IMG/VR virus record: IMGVR_UViG_2687453420_000003
DNA: 64,000 nucleotides
From: an uncultured virus (IMG/VR IMGVR_UViG_2687453420_000003)
Taxonomy: Duplodnaviria > Heunggongvirae > Uroviricota > Caudoviricetes
Reading direction: 5' to 3' (one strand)
Shown here: piece after piece, positions 49,823 to 59,606 of the stretch
Numbering within the stretch: the first letter of the stretch is position 1
How the letters are laid out: every line of letters starts with the position of its first letter
Position numbers and translations under genes: made by a program
Notes under the pieces: model-generated
Database searches by the model: none
What the model was told of the DNA's origin: nothing
The model's input: only the letters and a program-made list of their open reading frames with translations

Positions 49823-51047
49823 TTACATCACTTCCTTTCTTTTTTATATAACTTACATCTCCATTAAGTAAATCTCTTAACAGCACTTGTCCTGAAGGTA
49901 ATGTTATTATAATTTCTCCACCTATTTTTTCTACTCCTAAAACATCCCTTGCTTTATCTAAATCATAAATTCCATTTTTTACATAAGTACTTATTACCTC
50001 AGCTTGTGTTTTACTATCTGTTCTAAGCAATACATTTATATTGAATCTTATTTTATATCCTAGTTTTCTTTCTGTATCAGTTAGTAGTTTCCAATCCATT
50101 TCCTGTTCTATCTGTTCAAATATAACAAGTAAACACTCACCTAAATATTTTATATTGTCTTGTTCTTCAGACCTAGCATTTTCTTTTACGAATCCTAATT
50201 TTGTTAAAGGTACTCTAAAAGACATTGCTATTTCTTCTTTAGACAACTTTCTTAATTCTGTATATTGTGCATCTGATAAACTTAAATTTAATGGCTGTAT
50301 ATTATAGCCTGCTGGAATAGTAAATATCTTACCATTATTTGAATAAACTCTATCAAATTTAGCTTGTACCTTTTTTAACTCTTTTTCCTCTTTAATATCT
50401 GAGGTCATTTGCACAACAATTTTATTAGTTAATCCATTAGTAAACAGCTTGTTTAAATAATTTTGACTTTTTAAGCTACTATCTAAGCTTTCTGATAAAA
50501 TACTTCTATTTGCTTTGCCCTTTATTCCATCAAGTGTAAAATCTCTTAGGATAATTATATCTTTATCAAAACAACAACTTGTTTCACCATCTACCCCTTC
50601 AAAATCCCATAGAATTTTATTATTCTTAGTGCTATTAATTAATCCTGTATTATCAATTGTACAATTAGTTATTTTAACAGGATATAAACCTTTTACCTTT
50701 CCTCTTTGCCTATCAATAAAAAGTCCTGCATATCCCCAATGTTTAGCTAACGCTACAAAAGCTTTATAACAATCTATAGCACTCATATAAGGATTAGGTC
50801 TTAATCTTAATAAATCATATAAATAATGTTCTTTTGCTAATACTTCTCCTTTTTCAGTTTCTTTTTTTATTTGTAATGTACACTTTGCAATGTCTTGAGA
50901 TATATTATTTATACAACTAAAATATGTGCTTTCCCTCATTTCAAGTTCAAAAGGTGTAATATCAAATCCATTTTCAAAAGAATACACTGACTTCCAATCA
51001 TTTACGTCAACTGCTTCTCTTCTTTCAATTAATTTATCAAAAATCAC
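49800..51047 (-). CDS. Portal protein (HK97 family)
   Basis: LLRLRPNPYMS, IAMSFRVP, IEQEMDWKLL. Confidence 0.92.
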   Translation of the reverse strand: MIFDKLIERREAVDVNDWKSVYSFENGFDITPFELEMRESTYFSCINNISQDIAKCTLQIKKETEKGEVLAKEHYLYDLLRLRPNPYMSAIDCYKAFVALAKHWGYAGLFIDRQRGKVKGLYPVKITNCTIDNTGLINSTKNNKILWDFEGVDGETSCCFDKDIIILRDFTLDGIKGKANRSILSESLDSSLKSQNYLNKLFTNGLTNKIVVQMTSDIKEEKELKKVQAKFDRVYSNNGKIFTIPAGYNIQPLNLSLSDAQYTELRKLSKEEIAMSFRVPLTKLGFVKENARSEEQDNIKYLGECLLVIFEQIEQEMDWKLLTDTERKLGYKIRFNINVLLRTDSKTQAEVISTYVKNGIYDLDKARDVLGVEKIGGEIIITLPSGQVLLRDLLNGDVSYIKKKGSDVSEGRDKK

Positions 51048-51053
51048 TTATGT

Positions 51054-51272
51054 TCACCTCTTTTCACCTCGATTTCCTCTAAATTTATATAAAAATATAC
51101 TAAAAGCTATTAGAATGATACCTAAAAAATACAGTCCAAAGTATAAGTTCACCTTAAAATTGGTGTAAATAATGATAAGAAATCCAATAAAAAAGACCAT
51201 TTCCATGATAAAAATATCATTTAAAATAGTCTTGTTAAGTAATTTATTAAGTTTTTTCTTCATTTTTATCAC
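51054..51272 (-). CDS. Small two-TM protein between terL and portal
   Basis: Hydrophobic 72-aa ORF. Confidence 0.7.
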   Translation of the reverse strand: MIKMKKKLNKLLNKTILNDIFIMEMVFFIGFLIIIYTNFKVNLYFGLYFLGIILIAFSIFLYKFRGNRGEKR

Positions 51273-51279
51273 CTTCTTT

Positions 51280-52974
51280 CTACCAATCTGTTTTTTCTAA
51301 TTCATCCACTGGATTATAATTTGTATCTCCTCCTAATAATTCTGTAAAAGCAAATATTAAAACTACAACCATATCAATTCTTTGCTTATTTTTATTTTCC
51401 TTAATAAGCATTTCATCATCAGCTTTGCCCTTAGTAGTACTTGCTTTATTCATATTCCAGTCAAGAAGTTCATTTTTAACATATCTTATCTTTTTATCAT
51501 ATACAGCTTTTCTATATTCCTTTGTGGCAGGGCTTAAATTAGTAAAAGTTTGCTTTAATAGTACAACATCATAATCCTCTGCAAGCCTTTCCATCATTTC
51601 TTTTGCATTCATTGGATCTGTTACTATTACCTCAATTTCACATTCATATTCAGTTTCTATATTTCGTATATATTCTTCAACCTTCGTATAACTTACTGTC
51701 ATTCCTGAATGAATATCACAATAACCTGCTTTTTCATATTTTCTATAATCTATATGCTTTTCTCTTCTATTAGGTAAACTATCTTCTGGCAAAAATCCAT
51801 GTGAATTGCAATAAATTATGCCTTCATCTTCAAACTCTATCCCTACTGCTGTCAAGTCTGTAGTTACTGATAAATCAACCCCAACTTTAACCTTTTTTCC
51901 TTTAATTCTTTGCTTAAACTCTTCCTCAGTAATAACCCACTTTTTCCAGTGCTTTATATCAAGATATTTATTTTTCTCATTAGTTTCAAGAAATATATTA
52001 AAGTTTTTGGTCAATAATTCTTCCTGTTCACTTGTCTTTATTTTAGCCTTTTCCCTGTCTGCTCTAATCTCTTCATAGTTTTCTTCAACTCTTAGAGGAT
52101 TGGCTTTATATAATCCTCTATCTGTCCAAGCTTCTTCTTTTGTACAATAATATAACAGACAAAATAACTTTGGATCAGCAACAACTCCATTTAATACGGC
52201 TCTATCATATTCTAATTCTTCCAACATAATTGAATCACTTTCAGCATAAGCAGTAGTTGTTTGCATTTGAATTGGATTTAATACACTTAACTGACCTTTT
52301 CTCATTGCCTGAATATTATCATTTGTTGTAAAAGCTCCTACTTCATCAGCAACAAAACATGCAGGTCTTATAGAGTTGTTTTTATTTGCTTTTGCAGTCC
52401 TCGGAACATAATAACTATTAGTTATTAAACATTTAATTATACCTATTTCACTATCTGATACAAAAAAATGTTTTTTAATATCTGGACTTGATGCAATTAA
52501 TTGTGCCATAGCTTTTCTTGTTTCTTTTGCCAAATCCCTATCTATACATATACTATAGAATTCGCTAAAATTTTGTTCTGTAAGCATTAAAAGGAGGATT
52601 ACTAAAGCTGCTATAAAACTCTTTGCATTTTTACGAGGTATAAATAAAACTATATCTCTATATCTAAACTTCTTTTTATTTTTCTTATATCTCCATCCAA
52701 AAATGGCAGCAATAAATAAAGCTTGAAACCCTTCTAAATTTTCTAATACTTGTTTACCAGCCACAAATCCAGTAGCATAATTAAACAATTTCAAAAGATT
52801 ATTTATTTTTTTAAGTTTTTTTTCACTAAAGCAAAATTCAAACCCTTTTTTATATTGATTTATATTATAATCACATAAAAACATTTCACATTGTTGCTTC
52901 ACTTCATCAGTCGTAATCTCTTTTTCTTCAATAACATCATTACAATATTTTAAAGCTTTATCTAGAAGTATCAA
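51280..52974 (-). CDS. terL: Terminase large subunit
   Basis: IPRKNAKS Walker A, VADE, GVDLSVTTDLTA, RIDMVV. Confidence 0.94.
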   Translation of the reverse strand: MILLDKALKYCNDVIEEKEITTDEVKQQCEMFLCDYNINQYKKGFEFCFSEKKLKKINNLLKLFNYATGFVAGKQVLENLEGFQALFIAAIFGWRYKKNKKKFRYRDIVLFIPRKNAKSFIAALVILLLMLTEQNFSEFYSICIDRDLAKETRKAMAQLIASSPDIKKHFFVSDSEIGIIKCLITNSYYVPRTAKANKNNSIRPACFVADEVGAFTTNDNIQAMRKGQLSVLNPIQMQTTTAYAESDSIMLEELEYDRAVLNGVVADPKLFCLLYYCTKEEAWTDRGLYKANPLRVEENYEEIRADREKAKIKTSEQEELLTKNFNIFLETNEKNKYLDIKHWKKWVITEEEFKQRIKGKKVKVGVDLSVTTDLTAVGIEFEDEGIIYCNSHGFLPEDSLPNRREKHIDYRKYEKAGYCDIHSGMTVSYTKVEEYIRNIETEYECEIEVIVTDPMNAKEMMERLAEDYDVVLLKQTFTNLSPATKEYRKAVYDKKIRYVKNELLDWNMNKASTTKGKADDEMLIKENKNKQRIDMVVVLIFAFTELLGGDTNYNPVDELEKTDW

Positions 52975-53438
52975 TCTTCATCATCTTCTCTTAAGGCTTT
53001 TAATAATGGATCCTCTTGTTCTTCCTTATTGTTCAATGCTAAGTTTCCAAGTTTTGCTCTACTCTGTGGAGATAAACTTAATTCATTACAACATCTATAT
53101 AAATCCTTAGTATATTTATCTTTAGCTGACATTAAATCCTTATTGCATAAACTACCTAAATTTTTATTTATTATTGTTTCTATAGTTCTTAATCTATCTA
53201 CTGATATTGCACATGTAGATAAAATATAGACATCTAGATTAGTTAATATTCCAGTCATTTTTAATTCTTCTACAATAAATTTATATATATTTTTTTGTTT
53301 TTCTGAAAGATATTCTGGAGGCTTCTCAATTTTATCAGCTAGACTTTTTATTCTTTCTTCTTTTTCTTTTCTAGCTTCAATTTCAGCTTTTGTATTATGT
53401 CTACTTTGACTGTCTATTACTTTGCATGGTCTAGCCAT
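52971..53438 (-). CDS. terS: Terminase small subunit (P27 family)
   Basis: MARPCK, PPEYLS, ELSLSPQSRAKL. Confidence 0.88.
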   Translation of the reverse strand: MARPCKVIDSQSRHNTKAEIEARKEKEERIKSLADKIEKPPEYLSEKQKNIYKFIVEELKMTGILTNLDVYILSTCAISVDRLRTIETIINKNLGSLCNKDLMSAKDKYTKDLYRCCNELSLSPQSRAKLGNLALNNKEEQEDPLLKALREDDED

Positions 53439-53477
53439 ATTTTTCACCTTCTTTACTTTAAGTTTTAAAACTTTCAT

Positions 53478-53556
53478 TTTGGGAATTTTATGCGACTGAG
53501 AGGGCACCAGGGACTTTCTAAGTTTGTATAAAAATTTTCAACCCTCCCCCCGGGTA
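53478..53556. other. Probable cos region
   Basis: GC-rich tract (G-run, gtccctggtgccctctcagtcgc on minus strand) between HNH and terS, the usual cos position. Confidence 0.5.
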
Positions 53557-53985
53557 CTAATAAAATTCTTTATTAAACTTTTTTATTAAATCTTTTAAAA
53601 ATTTTTCTATCATGATTTTATCTTTATCGCTCTTATTCATTAATGTATGCACTCTAATGTGGTTCTCTTGTGTTAGTCCTATTAGGTTACTACTATCTAA
53701 TCTCTTAGACCAATCACTCTTAATAGGTTCAATGTGATGGTAAGTCTCTGCTTGTACTATGTTTCCTTTAGACCACTCAATTAAATCTAATCCAAATTGA
53801 TGAACTGCTACGCTATCTCTACACCTTATCCATGTTGTACTAGAATAGAAAGACTGTTCTTTCTTATCGTTCCTATTCATTCTATACTCTTTATATCTTT
53901 CTTTTCTCCTCTTCTCTTCACACTTACACAAAGTACCTTCTAATACTTTCTTACCGCATTCAGTACATTTTCTATATATAGGCAT
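53557..53985 (-). CDS. HNH endonuclease (terminase-associated)
   Basis: FYSSTTWIRCR, HHIEPI, NLIGL..ENHIRVH. Confidence 0.85.
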   Translation of the reverse strand: MPIYRKCTECGKKVLEGTLCKCEEKRRKERYKEYRMNRNDKKEQSFYSSTTWIRCRDSVAVHQFGLDLIEWSKGNIVQAETYHHIEPIKSDWSKRLDSSNLIGLTQENHIRVHTLMNKSDKDKIMIEKFLKDLIKKFNKEFY

Positions 53986-54476
53986 TATATATCTATAACC
54001 TTTGAGTTAACTTCTTTTTCTTTAAGCTTAGTAAGCTTTTTATCATTAGCAGTTTTGTGTGGATCTTCTTTCCACTTAGCTTTCTCTTTATTGTTCAACC
54101 AATACTTTTCTGCATTTAACTCAGGGCCTCTATATTTTTTAACTTTACTGATAATAACATCTTCATTTGTTATTATTTGTCCATCAACTACATCTTCTGT
54201 TTTAACTTTTGTTACTACTTCTTCATAGTAATGATATCCAATACAACATTTATACAATGCCTTTTCAACTTCCTGGTTCTTCTTATCTTTTGCCGTAGCA
54301 ATTCGGCTCTTAAGTGCTACGTTAGTACTCTTATATTTCCTATATGTGGAATATGCAATTCCTAACTTTTCAGCTATTTCCTTATCCGTGTTATTACTTT
54401 CAACCCATTGCTCTATCTCATCTAGACGCTTTTCAATTATGTCTTCAAAGCTATCACTTCTTGCCAATTTTTTCAC
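53985..54476 (-). CDS. HTH DNA-binding phage protein
   Basis: TDKEIAEKLGIAYSTYRKYK, VEKALYK, YWLNNK...W. Confidence 0.7.
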   Translation of the reverse strand: MKKLARSDSFEDIIEKRLDEIEQWVESNNTDKEIAEKLGIAYSTYRKYKSTNVALKSRIATAKDKKNQEVEKALYKCCIGYHYYEEVVTKVKTEDVVDGQIITNEDVIISKVKKYRGPELNAEKYWLNNKEKAKWKEDPHKTANDKKLTKLKEKEVNSKVIDI

Positions 54477-54764
54477 CTCATTATCGTAGCACTTGCTTTG
54501 TAAAGTGCTACGCTATTTTTTTATATTTCCTAACTTTTTAAATTTACTGTAAAAATATAAAATAGCATTTATTAACAAAACACTTGCTAAGTATTGATAT
54601 ATCTAGCTTTACTATGTATCATCAAAATAAGGTCGAATGTTTAATTATATATGTGAATAGCACATTCATTTTAAAAATTAACTTCTAATATATGCACTTA
54701 ATTTTATACCTTCAATACTTACTATATATTTTTTTAAACATTGATTAATAAAAAAAATAAAATA

Positions 54765-55370
54765 TCATCTGATATATTCCTCTAATGATTTTGAATACTG
54801 ATGATATTTTTCTTTATCTAGTCCTATATATTTTTTAGTTTCTTCTATACTTCTGTGCCCTAATAATTCTTTAACTGCAACTATATTTTTATCACTTTCC
54901 ATGTATATTTTATATGCATAAGTCTTTCTCATACTATGTGCAGTTATATCATGTAAGTCAAAATATTCTCCTGCCTCTTTTAATATATTGCTTACTGCTT
55001 GTACTCCTATATGCTGATTAATACCTTTTCTAGATTGGAATACATATTCATAATCTTTTTTATTTTTAATCCAACCTTTTAATATTTTAGCCAGCTTAGG
55101 AATTACTTCAACTGATCTTGGTTTTTTATTTCTCTCTTTTATGTTTTTACAATTCATTTTCTTTCCTTCATAAATTGTAAATTCATTTCTTTTTAAAGCT
55201 TCTTTAATATCTCTAACTTTTAATTTAACTAAGTCACCTGCTCTATACCCTGTTGTAATCCCTAGTATAAATAACACATAATCTCTTTCATTTTTATATC
55301 TGAGATAGTCTTGTATATCCAATACTTTAGTTGTACTAGTAATTGGTTTAGCAGGCCTTTTTATCCCCAA
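54765..55370 (-). CDS. Stand-alone tyrosine recombinase (catalytic domain only, 201 aa)
   Basis: TGYRAGDL (R), EGKK (K), HSMRK (HxxR), LGH, TKKYIG (Y). Confidence 0.93.
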   Translation of the reverse strand: MGIKRPAKPITSTTKVLDIQDYLRYKNERDYVLFILGITTGYRAGDLVKLKVRDIKEALKRNEFTIYEGKKMNCKNIKERNKKPRSVEVIPKLAKILKGWIKNKKDYEYVFQSRKGINQHIGVQAVSNILKEAGEYFDLHDITAHSMRKTYAYKIYMESDKNIVAVKELLGHRSIEETKKYIGLDKEKYHQYSKSLEEYIR

Positions 55371-55583
55371 CTATCTCACCTGCCTTAATACACCTTTAAT
55401 TCTTCTATAACTTCTTTCTTGCATACATTCTTTTAAATTATCTGCTATATTTTCTCTCTTAACTCTTCTACTAGAACAATAAGGACACACTAAGTATCCT
55501 TTTATATTTTGTAATTCTTCTGTTAATAATACAAATTCTTTATTACAACAAATGCACATATAGCTTGTATACATACTTAGCAT
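55371..55583 (-). CDS. Small Zn-ribbon protein immediately upstream of the recombinase
   Basis: CICCNKEF...CPYCSS. Confidence 0.75.
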   Translation of the reverse strand: MLSMYTSYMCICCNKEFVLLTEELQNIKGYLVCPYCSSRRVKRENIADNLKECMQERSYRRIKGVLRQVR

Positions 55584-55801
55584 ATCCTCACATCCTTTTT
55601 TATATAATCTCCTGTACTTTTACAGGTATGTAAAAAGCACCTGGATTATAGATTAAAAATCTCCAAGTGCTTTTTAGTACATACACAATATATTATATAT
55701 TTTTTTATTTTAGCAGTTGCCTTACTATACGATAAAACCCCTGCGTGGGCTTTTAACCCTTATATCATATATTATATTATATTTCTTACTATTGCATTAA
55801 A

Positions 55802-55830
55802 ATTGTCTGTAATTTGTCTGTAATTTGTCT
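55802..55830. repeat. Three 11-bp-period tandem repeats (ttgtctgtaat), candidate late-activator site
   Basis: aattgtctgtaatttgtctgtaatttgtct directly downstream of the ArpU-like gene. Confidence 0.6.
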
Positions 55831-55841
55831 AACTTTTTTTA

Positions 55842-56237
55842 TTATCTTAAATATCCTATTGCTACCATAAATTTTTTTAATGCCCTGTTCCTATAATAAT
55901 AAAATTTATTTTTATCTATGTTTAATTCTTTTAATAATTCTTCTCTAGAATTATTATCTCTAAAATACCATTCTTCAATTATTTTTTTACTCGTAGGATC
56001 TAAGTGTTTTAATACTTTACTTATAATATCAACTTTCCATCTTCTTTCCATATCTTTTATCATATCTTCTTCAACAGTACTTGTTTTAAAGTATCCACTT
56101 TGACTTACTTGTCCTTGTCCCCATCTATTTGGTGAACCTAAACCTGGAGTTTCTATAGCCAACAGCCAATATGGATAATTTCTTAAATCATTCTCTACAC
56201 TTTTTTTATGTCTCTCATAAATTTTTTTATTCATCAT
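55842..56237 (-). CDS. ArpU/RinA family late transcription activator
   Basis: VENDLRNYP; C-terminal sigma4-like ELNIDKNKFYYYRNRAL. Confidence 0.8.
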   Translation of the reverse strand: MMNKKIYERHKKSVENDLRNYPYWLLAIETPGLGSPNRWGQGQVSQSGYFKTSTVEEDMIKDMERRWKVDIISKVLKHLDPTSKKIIEEWYFRDNNSREELLKELNIDKNKFYYYRNRALKKFMVAIGYLR

Positions 56238-56544
56238 AGTTCTTTGTTGCTCCTTTCTTTATGCCACAAACATCATTCTCACCACAATATTCACAATTAA
56301 ATTTACACATTGAATTTTCTTCTTTATCTATCTTTTTAAATGCCACTAACCATATAAAAGTTAATATTGCAATAGCTCCTAATATTTTATTTAACACAAT
56401 GCTCCCTCCTAGAACTGACCATTTTTTCTATTTCTTGATTTCTCAATACTCTTAATCCTTAAATCTGCAATATCTGAATATAATAATCTTTTCTTATATT
56501 CTTTTTGCTTTAATCTTAAATTTGCATAATCCATGAATCTTTTT

Positions 56545-56730
56545 TTATTTTCCTCCATGATTACCACCTCTTACTTTTCTTTTTACCCTACCTAGTTTCA
56601 TCCTTTTCTTATACAAGATGTTTCTATTCTTAACTCTTTTTTTATATCTTTTCAAAGGCTTGTCTTTTTCTTTTAAATACTTTTTAATATTCTCTAATGC
56701 TCTATCTAATATTTCATCTATCCAACTCAA
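56545..56730 (-). CDS. Small basic hypothetical protein
   Basis: 61-aa ORF, translationally coupled. Confidence 0.6.
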   Translation of the reverse strand: MSWIDEILDRALENIKKYLKEKDKPLKRYKKRVKNRNILYKKRMKLGRVKRKVRGGNHGGK

Positions 56731-57440
56731 GCTATCACCTGCCTAATTCCACATATAGGAATAGGTATATATCTATTTCCCTCAATTATGTTGCAAGTAT
56801 ATCTATTATTATAAATGTGGACTACTTTTCCCTGTATAATGTCATCTTTATATTCTGTTTCAACTATATTACCTAGCTTTAAAGTTTTTCTAAGATCTTC
56901 ATTTATACTATTTGCATTTATTTTTTTGTACTTTTCTATATCTACTATCTTTATGTTGTCATATTCCAATATCCAGCCATTTTCTATTACACTTATTACT
57001 TTATTGCCCTGATTAAAAATTATATTTTCGTCTCCTGGTCTTTTTAGAGCCTGTCCTTTTATTTTCTTTATTTTTTCTTTCTGTATATTATTTATTTCTA
57101 AATCTTCTCTAAAATAAATAATCTTATCCCAAGGCAGAACACTTGATTTCTTCTTAATTACAAATTCTTCTTCACCTTTTTTATTTACATAAATTGTTTC
57201 AAATCTATCTTTATACTTAACTTCTATCCCTAAAGCTCCACCAACATATCCTATTATTCTATTTAGATTCTCATATGTTTTATATTTTGCTATTATTTTT
57301 GTTTGATCTATATTGTCTATTTTTATTTCTTTATTTTCTAATTTTATAACTGGTTTATCATTACCTTTCTTAATTGTCTTATTTATTTCCCAAATACTTA
57401 CCTGCCCATCAATCAAGACATTTTCCTGTTTTTTAGCCAC
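56727..57440 (-). CDS. Hypothetical phage protein
   Basis: 237 aa; DGQVSIW clamp-binding-like motif near the N-terminus. Confidence 0.7.
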   Translation of the reverse strand: MAKKQENVLIDGQVSIWEINKTIKKGNDKPVIKLENKEIKIDNIDQTKIIAKYKTYENLNRIIGYVGGALGIEVKYKDRFETIYVNKKGEEEFVIKKKSSVLPWDKIIYFREDLEINNIQKEKIKKIKGQALKRPGDENIIFNQGNKVISVIENGWILEYDNIKIVDIEKYKKINANSINEDLRKTLKLGNIVETEYKDDIIQGKVVHIYNNRYTCNIIEGNRYIPIPICGIRQVIA

Positions 57441-57552
57441 TTATAACACCCCTTCTTAATGTTATACGGTTCTAATATACTAGTACAGTTAAGGTGCAAG
57501 AATATGCATTTTAATCCTTACACCTATTTACTTTTATTTCTCGAATTATAAT

Positions 57553-57984
57553 TTATAATCTTCCTAATTTTTTTGTTTTTTCATATAGCTTTTGTCTATT
57601 TATAACCCGTTTTTTATATTTAGATTGCTTTTCATTCATATTATCTTTTATATAGTTGTAAAGGCTTTGTATTATATCTATAGGTACATACCCCGCAACC
57701 ATTCCATCATATAATTGTAAAAATTTATTTCTATGTTTCCAGTTATTAAAAAAGGTATCTTCTTCTAAGTCAACCCATGCATCCTTATTAAATATTGCTA
57801 CTTCCATTTCTTTATATTTATATAAATCAGTAATTGTCTCTCTTGGTGTACAATAATGAAATTTTGAAGCTTGGATAGACAACTCATATTCTCCAATTTT
57901 TATGCGTTCCATTATTCTGTTTTTTAAATGAAATGTTTTTTCAATACAATCTCCATTTAATAATTTTCTAAAATTATTATTCAT
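57553..57984 (-). CDS. Hypothetical protein (cassette cargo)
   Basis: LSIQASKFHYCTPRE...VAGYVP; aggagg RBS. Confidence 0.75.
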   Translation of the reverse strand: MNNNFRKLLNGDCIEKTFHLKNRIMERIKIGEYELSIQASKFHYCTPRETITDLYKYKEMEVAIFNKDAWVDLEEDTFFNNWKHRNKFLQLYDGMVAGYVPIDIIQSLYNYIKDNMNEKQSKYKKRVINRQKLYEKTKKLGRL

Positions 57985-58040
57985 ATTGGCCTCCTATTAT
58001 TTATTAGATTCTCTCTCATTTATTTCATTCCTGAACCTTA

Positions 58041-58265
58041 TTATTTGTATCGTGCCTGTTCTCCTTGAAGTAATATTTTATAAACATCATTAATTCTTGC
58101 TTTTTTACTCTTTCTTTGAGATGTTTCTATAAGCTGTAAAAATGTATTTTCTTCTACATTCTTAAATCTTGATTCAGTACATATACAAACGTCCGAATAT
58201 GGTTCTCCACAATGGTCTATTATTTTACAACTTCCACAATACATTCCTAATTCTCCTATTTTCAT
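58041..58265 (-). CDS. Cys-rich hypothetical protein, paralog of 59050-59259
   Basis: MKIGELGMYCGSCKIIDHCGEPYSD... Confidence 0.8.
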   Translation of the reverse strand: MKIGELGMYCGSCKIIDHCGEPYSDVCICTESRFKNVEENTFLQLIETSQRKSKKARINDVYKILLQGEQARYK

Positions 58266-58306
58266 TTCTCTAACCTCTTTATTTCATTTAATCTTTGAAT
58301 TGTGAA

Positions 58307-58460
58307 TTAATCTAAATCACATCTGTATCCACAAAAACTGCCACACTCTTTTATTGCCTTTCCATTACAACTGACCACATTCTCCACTGCAATCTTCATC
58401 TTCCCAACGTGTATCACAATATTTACATTGACATTTTTTACATTCTTCTTTATATCTCAT
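58307..58460 (-). pseudogene. Small Cys-rich ORF with 1-nt frameshift near 58375
   Basis: MRYKEECKKCQCKYCDTRWEDEDCSGEC, then alternative frame VSCNGKAIKECGSFCGYRCDLD-stop; ggagggg RBS. Confidence 0.55.
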
Positions 58461-58495
58461 TTTTCCCCCTCCTGTGCAACTAATTTTCTCTTTGC

Positions 58496-58663
58496 TTAAA
58501 TGCCTTTACAATCTGTTTCTCCATCTAATTTAAATTTTTTATAATGCCCTCTTTTACAATCCAGTTCTTCTGAATAATCAGATACATAAGAATGACCATA
58601 AAAACTTTCTTCCTCTCCAGATGTTTCTAAAATACAATATTCACACTTTTGACATTTTGGCAT
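58496..58663 (-). CDS. 55-aa hypothetical protein (not in ORF track)
   Basis: MPKCQKCEYCILETSGEEESFYGHSY...; gaggagg RBS. Confidence 0.65.
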   Translation of the reverse strand: MPKCQKCEYCILETSGEEESFYGHSYVSDYSEELDCKRGHYKKFKLDGETDCKGI

Positions 58664-58730
58664 ACTTTATTCCTCCTCAATTTTTAGTACATAATAATTT
58701 CATTTCCGAATCTAATAGTTGAATTACGTC

Positions 58731-59003
58731 CTAATTTATTGGGCTAATAGAATGTACTAAAAACAATTCTATTAAATTATTTTTTATATCCAATATGCTA
58801 ATATCTTTCTGCCTATTTACATATGTTTTCTCTTTATATTTCAAAGGCTTATTTACTATTTCTTCAATAATATGAGGTTCTTTAAAATCTATATATTGAA
58901 CAGTTATCTCTAATTCATTAGCTTTAATTATTGTTCCTGGTGTAATTTTTTCTTCATCTTTACTTTTAAAATAAACTATATCTCCGACTTGCACCCTTCT
59001 CAC
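58731..59003 (-). CDS. Hypothetical protein, KOW/SH3-like
   Basis: VQVGDIVYF...GTIIK. Confidence 0.65.
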   Translation of the reverse strand: MRRVQVGDIVYFKSKDEEKITPGTIIKANELEITVQYIDFKEPHIIEEIVNKPLKYKEKTYVNRQKDISILDIKNNLIELFLVHSISPIN

Positions 59004-59049
59004 TCCTTCACATTAATTTCAGCTCCTGCGGCTGCTCTTTGTATTGTGT

Positions 59050-59259
59050 CTATTCTCCTTGAAGCAATCTTTTATGAACATCGTTAATTCTTGCTTTTTT
59101 ACTCTTTCTTTGAGATGTTTCTATTAGCTTTAAAAATTTAGTTTCATCTACATCCTTAAACCTTTCTTCACAACATATTGCAATATCTGACCATGGCTCT
59201 CCACAATGTTCTATTAAAATACATTCTCCACAATGCATTCCTAATTCTCCTATTTTCAT
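59050..59259 (-). CDS. Cys-rich hypothetical protein, paralog of 58041-58265
   Basis: MKIGELGMHCGECILIEHCGEPWSD... Confidence 0.8.
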   Translation of the reverse strand: MKIGELGMHCGECILIEHCGEPWSDIAICCEERFKDVDETKFLKLIETSQRKSKKARINDVHKRLLQGE

Positions 59260-59317
59260 TTTTCTAACCTCTTTATTTCATTTAATACTTGTTTTAAAGT
59301 CATGCTGTGTTGATACT

Positions 59318-59590
59318 TTATCCCATATTTTTTAAAAAATTTAGTATTTCTCTTTCTCCACATTTCTTCAAACTTTCTAAATAACATTCTCCGTTCACTT
59401 CTCTCTCAATTAACTCTATATTATTAGCTAGATCCATTTCAGTATTTCCTTGAAATTCTTCTCTAATTATATATTCTTTAATTTCATCAATGATTTTTTG
59501 GCGTTCTAAAAATTCTTTTGATAATTTATTAAATTTATCTGACATATTAAAATAGTTTGATAATGTCAATTTAACTTTTAAATCAATCAT
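59318..59590 (-). CDS. Hypothetical protein
   Basis: 90-aa ORF. Confidence 0.65.
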   Translation of the reverse strand: MIDLKVKLTLSNYFNMSDKFNKLSKEFLERQKIIDEIKEYIIREEFQGNTEMDLANNIELIEREVNGECYLESLKKCGEREILNFLKNMG

Positions 59591-59606
59591 TTAATCACTT
59601 CCAATA

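Noticed and set aside
54620..54700. dif-like site next to the tyrosine recombinase
   Set aside because: Could not align convincingly to a 28-bp XerC/XerD-type consensus by eye
54765..55370. Tyrosine recombinase as the prophage 2 integrase
   Set aside because: Lacks N-terminal domains and sits mid-genome, away from any att boundary
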